Positions 17,424 through 28,610 of a stretch of 47,092 nt of DNA are shown one piece after another (the stretch's first letter is position 1; the number at the start of each line of letters is the position of its first letter). The notes beneath the pieces were generated by a model that saw nothing but the letters and a program-made list of their open reading frames with translations, searched no databases and was not told where the DNA came from. Both the position numbers and the translations under genes were made by a program. This DNA comes from Cyanophyceae cyanobacterium (GTDB lineage: Bacteria > Cyanobacteriota > Cyanobacteriia > Cyanobacteriales > SIO1D9): the NCBI GenBank assembly GCA_038320005.1, contig JBBQDV010000001.1, positions 1 through 47,092 of the forward strand. The letters run 5' to 3'.

Positions 17424-20030
17424 ATGACTGCTGCTGATTCCCAACGCCAGAAAACAGACCAGGCTGAACATACTGCTATTAATATTGTTCCTGAAGGTGG
17501 AAATCAGCATTTTGCTCAATCTCCTTCTATTTCGACAAGTTCTCTCGTACAAACTCAGGGAAAATTTTCAGATTTTCTCGCGCCCTTAAAAAAAGATACC
17601 TTTAAGCAAGTAGCCTCTGAAGTAGAAGGAAGGCTCAAAGTTGTCAACCAAACTCTATCAATGTTAGATAGTGTTCTTGACAGTCAAGGGTTTGATGCAA
17701 TTCTTAATGAAATGCTGCGTTCCATCGCCCTCAAAACAGGAGAATTACTAGCAGCAGACCGTACCACTATTTACCTTTTAGACGAAGACCGCGATGAACT
17801 TTGGTCAGTAGTAGCGAAAGGAGAAGATGGTACACCTTTAGAGATTCGCATTCCCAGTAATAAGGGTATTGCGGGAGAAGTCGCCACCTTTAAGCGCGAT
17901 GTCAATATTCCCTACGATTTTTATGATGATCCCCGTTCTGAAGCTGCGAAGACCTTCGATCTCAAGAATGGCTATCGCACCTATACGATGTTGTCTCTAC
18001 CCCTATTAAGTGAGGAAGGGGATTTAGTCGCAGTAGTACAGTTAATTAATAAGCTGAAGCCAGAATATGACCCGAAAGGAGATCTCGCTGACAAAATTGC
18101 TCTCGAAGGCTTTACAGAATGCGATTTACAAGTATTCCGAGAATTTGCTCCTTCTATTCGCCTCATATTAGAATCCTCCCGTCTATTTTATAAAGCAACC
18201 CAACGCCAAAGAGCAGCAACCGCTTTAATTTCTGCTACCAATTCCTTAAGTAAAAGTAGTTTAGATTTAGATGCTACTCTCAAGAAGGTAATGGCTGAAG
18301 CCAAGCAGTTGATGAATGCTGCTCGTGCTACCCTCTGGCTTATTGATGAAGAAAAGCAAGATTTATGGACAAAAATCACCCTAGCTGATGGAACGCTCAA
18401 AGAGTTGCGTGTCCCTTTAGGGGTAGGCTATGCAGGGAAAGTTGCGGTGACGGGAAAACCCCTCAGTATTGGCTATGACCTCTACAATGACCCTGATTCA
18501 GAAAACTCGAAGAAGACAGATCCAGTGACAGGGTTTCGCACTTGTAGTTTATTATGTATGCCAGTCTTTAACGCAGATGGAGAGTTAATCGGTGTTACTC
18601 AACTAGTAAATAAGGTAAAATCGAGAGATAGTCCCAGTTATAATCCCCAAAATTGGCCTCAAGCTCCCAAATGTTGGCAAGCAAGTTTTGACCGTACCGA
18701 TCAGGAGTTCATGACGGCGTTTAATATTCAAGCAGGGGTCGCCCTCCAAAATGCCAAACTCTTTGCTCAGGTGAAGCAGCAGGAGCAAATGCAGCGAGAT
18801 ATTTTGCGAAGTCTCACTAATGGGGTGATTTCCACGGATAAGTCTGGGCGGATTATTGCTGCAAATGAACGGGCGAAAACTCTCTTGGGATTTGAGGAAA
18901 CAAGCTATTTAGAGGGAACTCCCATTCAGGATTTATTTCAAATTAAGGAAGGTCAGTTCAACACTTGGTTTAAGGATGCTTTAGCAGCCAAGAATAATAA
19001 GGCGCGAGAACAATATTATCCTGACCGAACTCTGACAGCGACCAATGGAAATGAGCATAGTATTAATTTATCGATTAATTCCATTAGTGATGCTTCTGAT
19101 GCGAGTAATGTCTATGGCGCATTAGTTGTCATGGATGATATTAGTGATGAGAAACGCCTCAAGAGTACGATGTACCGATATATGACCCAGGAGTTGGCGG
19201 AGGAATTACTCCGTTTGGATGATGCGAAGTTGGGGGGAGATCGTAAGGATGTTTCGGTGTTATTCTCAGATATTCGTAGCTATACCACCTTGACGGAGAG
19301 TTTGGAAGCGGAAGATGTGGTGAGTATGCTCAATGAATATTTCGAGAGTATGGTGGAAGCGGTGTTCAAACATAAGGGAACTTTGGATAAGTATATTGGC
19401 GATGCTATTATGGCGGTGTTTGGTTCGCCTCTCCCCCTCGAAGATCATCCTTGGAAGGCTGTCCAAACGGCTTTGGATATGCGCGAGCGTCTGACTGCGT
19501 TTAATACCCGTCGTTCAATGGATAACCACGCTCCGATTAGCATTGGGATTGGGATTAATTCGGGGGCGGTAATTAGTGGTAATATTGGTTCGAGTAAGCG
19601 CATGGAGTTTACGGCGATTGGGGATGGGGTGAATATTGGGGCGCGTTTAGAAGGGGCGACTAAGCAGTATGGTTGCGATATTGTTATTAGTGAGGCGACT
19701 TATCGACCCTGTGCGGATCAGGTTCGGGTACGGGAGTTAGATAGGATTCGGGCGAAGGGAAAGAATAATCCGATATCTATCTTTGAGTTGGTCGGGCTTC
19801 AGGATGGTGTGATTAGTTCAGATAAAGCTAGGATAATTGATTTGTATCATCAGGGACGGGAATATTATTTAGGGTGGAAGTTTGCGATCGCGATCGCGAA
19901 ATTTGCGGAAATTCTCGAAATCAATAACACCGATAAAGCAGCACAATTACACCTAACTCGCTGTCAGCATTTCCTCACCCAAGCCCCTCCAGATAATTGG
20001 GATGGAGTATGGGATCTCACTCAGAAATAA
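17424..20030 (+). CDS. class III adenylate cyclase with tandem GAF, PAS and cyclase homology domains (CyaB1/CyaB2-like)
   Basis: Two GAF-like regions (ADRTTIYLLDE..., ARATLWLIDEE...), a PAS region (LRSLTNGVISTDKSGRIIAAN) and a cyclase domain (VSVLFSDIRSYTTL, YIGDAIMAVFG, GINSGAVISGNIGS, TAIGDGVNIGARLE). Confidence 0.9.
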   Translation: MTAADSQRQKTDQAEHTAINIVPEGGNQHFAQSPSISTSSLVQTQGKFSDFLAPLKKDTFKQVASEVEGRLKVVNQTLSMLDSVLDSQGFDAILNEMLRSIALKTGELLAADRTTIYLLDEDRDELWSVVAKGEDGTPLEIRIPSNKGIAGEVATFKRDVNIPYDFYDDPRSEAAKTFDLKNGYRTYTMLSLPLLSEEGDLVAVVQLINKLKPEYDPKGDLADKIALEGFTECDLQVFREFAPSIRLILESSRLFYKATQRQRAATALISATNSLSKSSLDLDATLKKVMAEAKQLMNAARATLWLIDEEKQDLWTKITLADGTLKELRVPLGVGYAGKVAVTGKPLSIGYDLYNDPDSENSKKTDPVTGFRTCSLLCMPVFNADGELIGVTQLVNKVKSRDSPSYNPQNWPQAPKCWQASFDRTDQEFMTAFNIQAGVALQNAKLFAQVKQQEQMQRDILRSLTNGVISTDKSGRIIAANERAKTLLGFEETSYLEGTPIQDLFQIKEGQFNTWFKDALAAKNNKAREQYYPDRTLTATNGNEHSINLSINSISDASDASNVYGALVVMDDISDEKRLKSTMYRYMTQELAEELLRLDDAKLGGDRKDVSVLFSDIRSYTTLTESLEAEDVVSMLNEYFESMVEAVFKHKGTLDKYIGDAIMAVFGSPLPLEDHPWKAVQTALDMRERLTAFNTRRSMDNHAPISIGIGINSGAVISGNIGSSKRMEFTAIGDGVNIGARLEGATKQYGCDIVISEATYRPCADQVRVRELDRIRAKGKNNPISIFELVGLQDGVISSDKARIIDLYHQGREYYLGWKFAIAIAKFAEILEINNTDKAAQLHLTRCQHFLTQAPPDNWDGVWDLTQK

Positions 20031-21048
20031 TCTGTAAACTGTTATCCTGAGCGTTCGTACACTTACTAGATTGGGCTAAATAGATTCCCGACAGAACAAC
20101 CGCAAACCCTAACCAAGTGGAGGTACTGATCGCCTCAACAAAGATTATCCAAGCTAAAACTGCACTAATAACAGGTTCTAAAAGCAAGAAGAGGGAAATA
20201 AAACTAGAGGAGAATATATTCATACTTTCTGCTAGTAAACGTTGACCTAAGCCTTCGCAAATTAAACCTAAAGCAAGGACTGCGAACAAAGCGGTTTGGG
20301 TGGTGGGAAATAGTTTACCTCCGCTGAGAAGAATTATGGGGATTAAGATTACACATCCTGTCGCACAACGCCAAAGGAGAATCGTAGTTGCACAAAAGCG
20401 CGATCGCAGTTGCTCTACTATCAGGAAATAAATACCCAGGAACACAGCGGATAATAGAGCATACATATCTCCCATAAAAGATCCTCCTCCTGCTCCCGTT
20501 AAGTCTTCTAATCCTAAAGTTATTGCGCCAGCAACCGCAATCCCCATCCCAATAAGGAACTTGGAGTCGAACTTTTTTCCGAGAAATAGCCAACTTCCTA
20601 GAGTTGTGAAAATTGGCGTTAAGTTATTCAGTAGCATACTTTTTGCCACGGTAGTATATTGCAAAGAGATCGCCCAAAGAATCAGAGAAGTGATCGCGAT
20701 CGGACCAATTAACCATAACAACCACCACTGCTTCCCACTGAAGTCAGACTCTTCTTGATCAACACTAGGAGAAATTTGTTCGCGAATCACTCTTCCGACT
20801 CCAAAGCAAAGCAGGAAAACAAATAAGCGGTTAAATACAGTCGCATTTGCACTCAATTCCGTTTCGCTTAAGCGGATAAAAATAGGCGCAAAGGAAACAG
20901 CACATAAGGCGAAGCAAAGAGTCAAGAAAGCAAAAATAGAGGAACGGTTAAATTTAAACAGTGAAATTAATTTTTGTTGCATTGTTACGCCATCAATCCA
21001 ACGAGTGAGACTCATAGTAGATACAACCCCATAGGCACTAGTACTCAT
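20017..21048 (-). CDS. DMT-superfamily (EamA-like) transporter
   Basis: About 10 hydrophobic segments in two repeated halves. The track start at 21063 is TTG; the ATG is at 21046-21048. Its 3' end overlaps the cyclase gene by 14 nt. Confidence 0.8.
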   Translation of the reverse strand: MSTSAYGVVSTMSLTRWIDGVTMQQKLISLFKFNRSSIFAFLTLCFALCAVSFAPIFIRLSETELSANATVFNRLFVFLLCFGVGRVIREQISPSVDQEESDFSGKQWWLLWLIGPIAITSLILWAISLQYTTVAKSMLLNNLTPIFTTLGSWLFLGKKFDSKFLIGMGIAVAGAITLGLEDLTGAGGGSFMGDMYALLSAVFLGIYFLIVEQLRSRFCATTILLWRCATGCVILIPIILLSGGKLFPTTQTALFAVLALGLICEGLGQRLLAESMNIFSSSFISLFLLLEPVISAVLAWIIFVEAISTSTWLGFAVVLSGIYLAQSSKCTNAQDNSLQIISE

Positions 21049-21266
21049 CTTTACCTTACGCAATTTAAGAAAGATAAACAGTCTCGTAGATCACAAAACG
21101 AATCTTAGTTAAACCAATTTTTGGCTCTCTGGGTAAAGTAATAACCTTTATGCCCTATACTTAACCTATTAAAATCAACTTACTATTTGCTAATGCTAAA
21201 AATATTTAAAACAACCAAAACCTATATTTTATTACCTAATTAGTTAACAAGTAATAGCCGATTACC

Positions 21267-22880
21267 ATGAAACTTATTAAACGCATTTTTATACTGAGTC
21301 TATTTTGCCTTTCTCTCATGCTTTTTCCCTTCATTAGCCATGCGCTGAATGTCGAGAATATGCCTGATCCGCGTCTATCGGGAAGCTGGGTACTGGATCA
21401 AGCACAGGTGCTTTCAGCAGAGACAGAAACTCAACTCAATCAGATGATCTCCTCGATAGAAGCGAAAAATGGGACAGAAATTATTGTCGTCACAGTACCC
21501 GATACTCGCTCCTACCCAACCACGAAGGACTTCACTACCCGTTTATTTAATCATTGGGAAATTGGTAAGGTAAATGTAGATAATGGCGTATTATTTTTGT
21601 TTTCTCTAGGCGATCGCAAAATTGAAATTGAGACAGGATATGGAATTGAGTCAATCTTACCTGATGTCCAAGTGGGCAATATTATAGATACTCACATTGT
21701 CCCATACTTCAGAGAAGATGATTTCGATAGAGGTACATTAGCAGGAACAAGAGCTTTAATCGAAGTCTTAGAAGATGTTGATTATATTTTTACGTTTTCT
21801 GTTCAAGACCATATTGATTTTCTAATTGCTAACGAACCGTTATTGCTGGGACTAGTAATTCTTTTTTATGGCGTTGCTTCCCTCGCTTTTTTATACCGAT
21901 CTCACCTTATTGTTAATACGGATGAAGGTTTCTTTCTTGACGCAGCAGGGCGATCGCGAGTACCAGGAAAGCTTGAAACTATTTTTACACAAGCAATCTT
22001 TCCTACTTTTTCCGGTGTATTTATCGGAATATTTGCTTTGTCTCTATTCGTGAGTACATTGATACCTGCTCCTGCTGCATATATCATCTTATTTTTCGCA
22101 GCACTATTTATTATCGGAATATGGGAAATCCAGTATTCACAAGGAAAGAATGTCAAATACCTTCCGCCTTCCGAAGTAGTTGGAATAATATTAAGTACAT
22201 GCGTATGTATTTTACTTCTAATACCTCCAATATTGCTCATGCTTTTCTTTGCAGCTATCTTTAGCTCTAAGATGAGAACATTTTTCGGATATCAGATGCT
22301 TTTAGTTCTGCTTTTAGTTCCTGCAATTTTGCAAATTTATGTATCAAGAGCAGCTATTATGCCAGATCTGCTAATCGCAGTAGCAGTAGGGATTGTTACA
22401 GCATATCCGATTACAAACTGGATAATTAAACTGTTTCGACACAATAAGTTTTGGGTAAAGTCTGACAATTTACTCACTATTGCTCTTGATTTAAAAAGCG
22501 TTACTAATCACCTCACAGAAATTGAGAAAGTTGCTCAGAAAATGGGGAGTGTCCGCTATGAAGGCTGGAGGTCTAAACAAGGAGAAATACATATTCGTGC
22601 TTATGTTAATGACCAAGAAAACTTCCGTGAGTGTCCTAATTGTCAAGAGTACACATTAAAGGGAACAAAAGAGATATCACGAAAAGCCTCATATAGTAGA
22701 ACAGGAATGGCATTGATTACCTTTAATTGTCAGTGTCAGCATTGCAATCATTCCTTTACCGAGACAGAAATAATTCCCCGTTTAACTCGTTCTAGTGATG
22801 ATGATAGCTATGCTTCTGGTGGTAGCGATACTTCCGGTGGCGGTGCTTCCAGTGGTGGTGGTGGTGGCGCAGATTTTTAA
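21267..22880 (+). CDS. TPM-domain (TLP18.3/Psb32/MOLO-1) protein with an inserted polytopic membrane region, a Cys4 zinc-ribbon-like module and a Gly-rich tail
   Basis: Signal/TM segment, then a TPM core (VLDQAQVLSAETETQLNQ...GTEIIVVTVP...NGVLFLFSLGDRKIEIETGYG). At least 6 hydrophobic segments follow, then CPNCQ...CQCQHCNH and a C-terminal SGGSDTSGGGASSGGGGGADF. Confidence 0.8.
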   Translation: MKLIKRIFILSLFCLSLMLFPFISHALNVENMPDPRLSGSWVLDQAQVLSAETETQLNQMISSIEAKNGTEIIVVTVPDTRSYPTTKDFTTRLFNHWEIGKVNVDNGVLFLFSLGDRKIEIETGYGIESILPDVQVGNIIDTHIVPYFREDDFDRGTLAGTRALIEVLEDVDYIFTFSVQDHIDFLIANEPLLLGLVILFYGVASLAFLYRSHLIVNTDEGFFLDAAGRSRVPGKLETIFTQAIFPTFSGVFIGIFALSLFVSTLIPAPAAYIILFFAALFIIGIWEIQYSQGKNVKYLPPSEVVGIILSTCVCILLLIPPILLMLFFAAIFSSKMRTFFGYQMLLVLLLVPAILQIYVSRAAIMPDLLIAVAVGIVTAYPITNWIIKLFRHNKFWVKSDNLLTIALDLKSVTNHLTEIEKVAQKMGSVRYEGWRSKQGEIHIRAYVNDQENFRECPNCQEYTLKGTKEISRKASYSRTGMALITFNCQCQHCNHSFTETEIIPRLTRSSDDDSYASGGSDTSGGGASSGGGGGADF

Positions 22881-22942
22881 GTAGTCAATAGCGAAAAGAA
22901 CTTTGGCGTTTAGATACTTCGTAAATCTCTGAAAAATAGAAA

Positions 22943-22972
22943 AGTAGAGACATTATTTAAAACATCTCTACT
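22943..22972. terminator. hairpin between the convergent TPM gene and thiC
   Basis: AGTAGAGA-(14 nt)-TCTCTACT, an 8-bp stem. On the minus strand it is followed by TTTCTATTTTTC, which fits an intrinsic terminator for thiC. The loop is rather large. Confidence 0.4.
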
Positions 22973-23054
22973 CTTATTCATTAGTAGTAATAATTTGGAG
23001 AGATTCACTATCGTAATGCTTTCCAAATTTGTCTATTTAATTTTCTGATAGCTA

Positions 23055-24443
<1,389 letters not shown>

Positions 24444-24464
24444 TTATTTAATATTCCTTTATTA

Positions 24465-24550
24465 ACAGCTTCCCTCCGCCAGAATTAACTGGACTCAGGT
24501 TCTAAGGGTCTAATCTCAGCCTGATTAAATTCAGACACCCCTAGCGTTAT
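24465..24550 (-). promoter_or_regulatory. TPP (THI-box) riboswitch in the thiC leader
   Basis: The minus-strand RNA reads CGCUAGGGGUGUCUGAAUUUAAUCAGGCUGAGAUUAGACCCUUAGAACCUGAGUCCAGUUAAUUCUGGCGGAGGGAAG. The GGGGUG, CUGAGA, ACCC, GAACCUGA, UAAU and GCGGAGGGA blocks match the TPP aptamer consensus. It ends about 22 nt before the thiC ATG. Confidence 0.9.
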
Positions 24551-24589
24551 TGCAGATCCTAGCATCTTTAGAGCAACCTATTCACGTTT

Positions 24590-25879
24590 TCAGGTCAATT
24601 CTCTTTGAATTTTAATGATCATTTTCCGTAATGTTGGTGAGGAATAGAGATCTGTTAGTCGTTGTTGAAGCTGGACATTAATATTAGGCAATTTACTTAG
24701 GGCTGTGATACAATGAAGGTAGACCCTATTTTCAGAAACACTTGCTAACTGGAGTAAAGGATCAATCGCTTCGGGCTGTCCTAACTCTCCTAATGATTGA
24801 GCAGTTGCTTGCTGCATCTTGATTTCACCGAGGTTGAATTGTTGGGAGTTGAGAAACTCGACTAAAATTTGCACTGCTTGGGGTTGTAGCCCAGGAGAGA
24901 GGATTCTACCCAATCGGGTGACTATTTCGAGACAAATTTCTGCATCTGACCATCCTAAACCTTTTTGTAAGTAACTTAAAGCAAGGGGAGTTTCTGACCA
25001 AGCTAAGGCTTTGATAACTTCCCGTTTTAGGTATATGGGGGTTAGGGGAGACTTGAGGACATGAAATAGGGCTTCAATTGCGGTTTCTGTGCCAATTTTC
25101 CCGATCGCGATCGCGCTTTCTTTACACACAATAGGATTAAGATCATAAAGTAAAGGTTGCACCGCTGCCACTAAATCATCTGGAATAATATATTCTCCTT
25201 GTCTTCCTAAAGCAATCACCGCTTCTTTTCTCACTTGTGCATTTGTATCCTTCAAAGCTGAGAGTAATACTGTTGTTATTTCGCTGCTGTGGAAGCTACC
25301 AAGGGCTTCAATGCTGAGAAGACGAACTTTAGCATCAGGATCATTAACAACGGTGAGGAGAGGTTCTAGGGTCTGAGGACGGCGAATTTGGGCGAGGGCT
25401 TGGACTGCAATTAAGCGACTTTCGGGATCAGGAAGGAGTTGAGTTAGGGACGCGATCGCGTTTGTGCCAATATGAGTTAAGGCTTCAGCTGTAACCGTAG
25501 CCAAATCAGGATCTTCCGTATTTTGCAGCATTTCCACTAAAGTAGTAATCACCTGGGGATTATCAAACCCTCCCAGAGTCCGACCAGCAAACCAACGGAC
25601 TTCTACCTCTATATCTTCATCCTTTAAAATTGCCATCAATGGCGCGATCGCAACCTCTCCCAATTTAGGGATAAATTTTGTTACCTCCCACCGTTGCTGA
25701 AAATCCCCTTCTCGCAGTACCATCAAAGCAAGATTGAGAGCTTGAGTTACTTCCGTTGCTGTAATCGCAATAGACTTATCCTCCTTTGTCGGTAAAGGAA
25801 TTTGTTGTAAAGCTTGATTAACTAACGACCAGTTAGCAGTCTTAGTTGCGGTGTTTGCTTGCTCAATAAATTTTGACAT
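24590..25879 (-). CDS. HEAT-repeat (PBS-lyase-type) protein
   Basis: Repeated units of about 30 aa of the form D.D..VR..A..ALG (for example DPDAKVRLLSIEALG, DTNAQVRKEAVIALG). The track start at 25900 is TTG; the ATG is at 25877-25879. Confidence 0.8.
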   Translation of the reverse strand: MSKFIEQANTATKTANWSLVNQALQQIPLPTKEDKSIAITATEVTQALNLALMVLREGDFQQRWEVTKFIPKLGEVAIAPLMAILKDEDIEVEVRWFAGRTLGGFDNPQVITTLVEMLQNTEDPDLATVTAEALTHIGTNAIASLTQLLPDPESRLIAVQALAQIRRPQTLEPLLTVVNDPDAKVRLLSIEALGSFHSSEITTVLLSALKDTNAQVRKEAVIALGRQGEYIIPDDLVAAVQPLLYDLNPIVCKESAIAIGKIGTETAIEALFHVLKSPLTPIYLKREVIKALAWSETPLALSYLQKGLGWSDAEICLEIVTRLGRILSPGLQPQAVQILVEFLNSQQFNLGEIKMQQATAQSLGELGQPEAIDPLLQLASVSENRVYLHCITALSKLPNINVQLQQRLTDLYSSPTLRKMIIKIQRELT

Positions 25880-25912
25880 ATTCCTGGTCTGCGATCGCAA
25901 AAAATATTACTA

Positions 25913-26452
25913 ATGAACCTACCCAACTGGATTACTTTTTCCCGTTTACTCGGTATCCCCTTTATTTTATACCTGCTTGTTGACCCCACTTCCCAACAGC
26001 GTTGGATTTGTCTCGCTATTTTCCTCGTAGTCGCAGCAACAGATTGGCTAGATGGCTATTTAGCCAGGAAACTGAATCAAGTTACAGAGTTAGGGAAGTT
26101 CCTAGACCCTTTAGTGGATAAACTGCTAGTGTTTGCGCCCTTTTTATCCTTAATTGAATTAGGACAAATTCCTGCTTGGGGAGTCTTTCTAATTGTGGCA
26201 CGAGAGATTACTATTGCAGGATGGCGAGTTAGTCCGAATTTATCGGGAGGAAAGATTCAAGGGGCAAATATTTGGGGTAAACTGAAGACCATTACTCAAA
26301 TTAGCGCGATCGCGTTTCTGATTGCACCCTTACCTCCAAACTGGGAAACTCCCACCACTATCTTATTCTGGCTTGCTGTTATCATCACGCTTATCTCAGG
26401 CTTAATTTACGTTCTACCCAATAAGGGACAAGGTGAGGGGGTGACTAACTAA
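25913..26452 (+). CDS. pgsA: CDP-diacylglycerol--glycerol-3-phosphate 3-phosphatidyltransferase
   Basis: CDP-alcohol phosphatidyltransferase motif DWLDGYLARKLNQVTELGKFLDPLVDKL, with 4 or more TM segments and 179 aa. Confidence 0.9.
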   Translation: MNLPNWITFSRLLGIPFILYLLVDPTSQQRWICLAIFLVVAATDWLDGYLARKLNQVTELGKFLDPLVDKLLVFAPFLSLIELGQIPAWGVFLIVAREITIAGWRVSPNLSGGKIQGANIWGKLKTITQISAIAFLIAPLPPNWETPTTILFWLAVIITLISGLIYVLPNKGQGEGVTN

Positions 26453-26464
26453 AGTTAATGAATT

Positions 26465-26520
26465 TTCTCAATTCTCAATTCTCCCAACCCTGAACTCATA
26501 ACCCTGAACCCTGAACCCAA
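26465..26520. repeat. STRR-like tandem heptamer block (TTCTCAA x3-like, then AACCCTG x5-like)
   Basis: Read directly: ttctcaa ttctcaa ttctccc aaccctg aactcat aaccctg aaccctg aacccaa. It fills the pgsA-truB spacer up to the truB ATG. Confidence 0.85.
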
Positions 26521-26521
26521 A

Positions 26522-27427
26522 ATGCAATTCGGCTTTATCAATCTCAACAAACCTGAAGGCTTTACCTCCCATGATTGTGTAAGCAAAATAAGACGACTAT
26601 TGAACATGAAGAAAGTGGGACATGGGGGAACACTTGATCCTTTAGCAACAGGAGTATTACCAATTGCTGTCGGTAGGGCGACTCGTTTATTGCAATTTCT
26701 CCCCACCCAAAAAGAATATTATGCGCAAGTCCGCTTCGGAATGCAAACCACGACCGATGATTTAGAAGGGGAAATAATTCGAGATAACCCTGTCCCCAAT
26801 CTCACCTTAGAAGAAATTACACCGTTATTAAAAGACTTCCTTGGTCAAATCAAGCAAATCCCCCCAGCTTATAGTGCGATTCAACAAGATGGTAAACGAT
26901 TGTATGATTTAGCGAGAGCAGGAATAGCGGTGGATGTACCAGAACGGACGGTTGAGATTCATGAAATAGAAGTTATAAACTGGTATCCAGGAGAATATCC
27001 TGAGCTTACTCTTAGAATAGCCTGTGGTAGTGGAACTTACATTCGCGCGATCGCGAGAGACATAGGAGAAAAGCTAAAAATAGGAGGAACATTAGCCTCT
27101 CTCCAACGCACCCTAAGCTGTAACCTCTGTATCGAAAATAGTCTGACCTTCGCCGAAATTGAAACCCAAATTCAAAACCAAACCTTTACACCCATTCCCC
27201 CCGACACCTGCTTAAATCACCTTCTCCCTATTTCCCTAGCCCCTGATTTAGCACAACGTTGGCGACAAGGACAAAAAATCCCCCTTTCCTTAGAAGATTC
27301 CCTAACTAGCCCCGAAAATGTACGAGTGTATCAAACCGAACCTGACTTCTTAGGAATAGGGGAATTAATTCCCACTGAAACAGGGGAGTTACTAATCCCC
27401 AAAACAGTTATTCAACCGAGTAATTAA
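26522..27427 (+). CDS. truB: tRNA pseudouridine(55) synthase
   Basis: GFINLNKPEGFTSHDCV..KVGHGGTLDPLATGVLP contains the catalytic Asp motif. YSA..QDGKRLYDLAR is also typical of TruB. Confidence 0.95.
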   Translation: MQFGFINLNKPEGFTSHDCVSKIRRLLNMKKVGHGGTLDPLATGVLPIAVGRATRLLQFLPTQKEYYAQVRFGMQTTTDDLEGEIIRDNPVPNLTLEEITPLLKDFLGQIKQIPPAYSAIQQDGKRLYDLARAGIAVDVPERTVEIHEIEVINWYPGEYPELTLRIACGSGTYIRAIARDIGEKLKIGGTLASLQRTLSCNLCIENSLTFAEIETQIQNQTFTPIPPDTCLNHLLPISLAPDLAQRWRQGQKIPLSLEDSLTSPENVRVYQTEPDFLGIGELIPTETGELLIPKTVIQPSN

Positions 27428-27497
27428 CCATGACCGATGGTAGATAATTAGTTTATTTTTATCCTTTAAGCTTATAGACAGCTAATATATATACAAA

Positions 27498-28610
27498 ATG
27501 GCAGAAACTGACCTAAAACTTCTCGAACCCTTTCAAATTGGCTCTTACACCCTCAAAAACCGCATGGTGATGTCTCCCCTAACCCGTAACCGCGCTGGAG
27601 AAGGAAACGTCCCAAGAGAAATAAACGCGGAATATTACCAACAAAGGGCGACCGCAGGATTAATCATTAGTGAAGCAACTCAGGTTTCCCTTGAAGGAAT
27701 CGGCTATCCTCTCACTCCTGGTATTCATACCCCTGAACAGGTAGAAGGCTGGAAAAAAGTAACCAAAGCAGTCCATGACAAAAACGGTCTAATATTCCTA
27801 CAACTATGGCACGTTGGACGTATTTCTCACCCATCTTTACAACCAAATGGCGAGTTACCAGTTGCGCCTAGTGCTATTAAACCTGAAGGTGTAGCCATGA
27901 CCTATGAAGGAGAAAAGCCGATGGTGACTCCTCGCGCCCTAAAAACAGCAGAAATCCCCTTAATTGTCGAACAGTACCGTCAAGGGGCGCAGAATGCCTT
28001 AGAAGCAGGGTTTGACGGAGTTGAAATTCATGGTGCTAATGGTTATCTCATTGACCAATTTCTCCACGACGGTACAAATAAACGCACAGATCAATATGGG
28101 GGTTCATTAGAGAATCGCAGCCGTTTTTTGAAGGAAGTAACGGAAGCAGTGGTAAGCGTTTGGGGCGAAAATCGTGTAGGAATCCGCCTTTCTCCCGATA
28201 GTGTTTTCAATGATATGTACGACTCCGACCGCAAATCATTATTTAGCTATGTCGTCAAAGAACTCAATGCGTTTCCCCTTGCTTATCTTCATTTGGTTGA
28301 ACCTCGCACCGATGGAGGTGAAACTATTAAAATTTTATCTGAGGGAGAAAGTCTAAATGCAGCTTATTTTCGTCTGCTTTACCGAGGCGTATTAGTGACC
28401 GCAGGAGGATATAACCGTGAAAGTGGGGAAAAAGTTTTACGAGCAGGAAATGCAGATTTAGTGGCTTATGGTCGTTTTTTCATTGCTAATCCTGATTTAC
28501 CTGAGCGTTTCGCCCTTAATGCACCTCTCAATGATTATGACCGCTCAAGTTTTTATGGTGGAGATGAGGGGGGGTATACGGATTATCCCTTTTTGGAAGA
28601 AACCGAGTGA
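27498..28610 (+). CDS. Old Yellow Enzyme-family NADH:flavin oxidoreductase (alkene reductase)
   Basis: Motifs NRMVMSPLTRNRA, IFLQLWHVGR, GFDGVEIHGANGYLIDQFL and GRFFIANPDLPER. Confidence 0.93.
   Translation: MAETDLKLLEPFQIGSYTLKNRMVMSPLTRNRAGEGNVPREINAEYYQQRATAGLIISEATQVSLEGIGYPLTPGIHTPEQVEGWKKVTKAVHDKNGLIFLQLWHVGRISHPSLQPNGELPVAPSAIKPEGVAMTYEGEKPMVTPRALKTAEIPLIVEQYRQGAQNALEAGFDGVEIHGANGYLIDQFLHDGTNKRTDQYGGSLENRSRFLKEVTEAVVSVWGENRVGIRLSPDSVFNDMYDSDRKSLFSYVVKELNAFPLAYLHLVEPRTDGGETIKILSEGESLNAAYFRLLYRGVLVTAGGYNRESGEKVLRAGNADLVAYGRFFIANPDLPERFALNAPLNDYDRSSFYGGDEGGYTDYPFLEETE

Noticed and set aside
26455-26706. 83-aa minus-strand ORF spanning the heptamer repeat block and the 5' end of truB.
   Set aside because: It overlaps the confidently called truB and is partly encoded by tandem heptamer repeats. 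It is an artefact.
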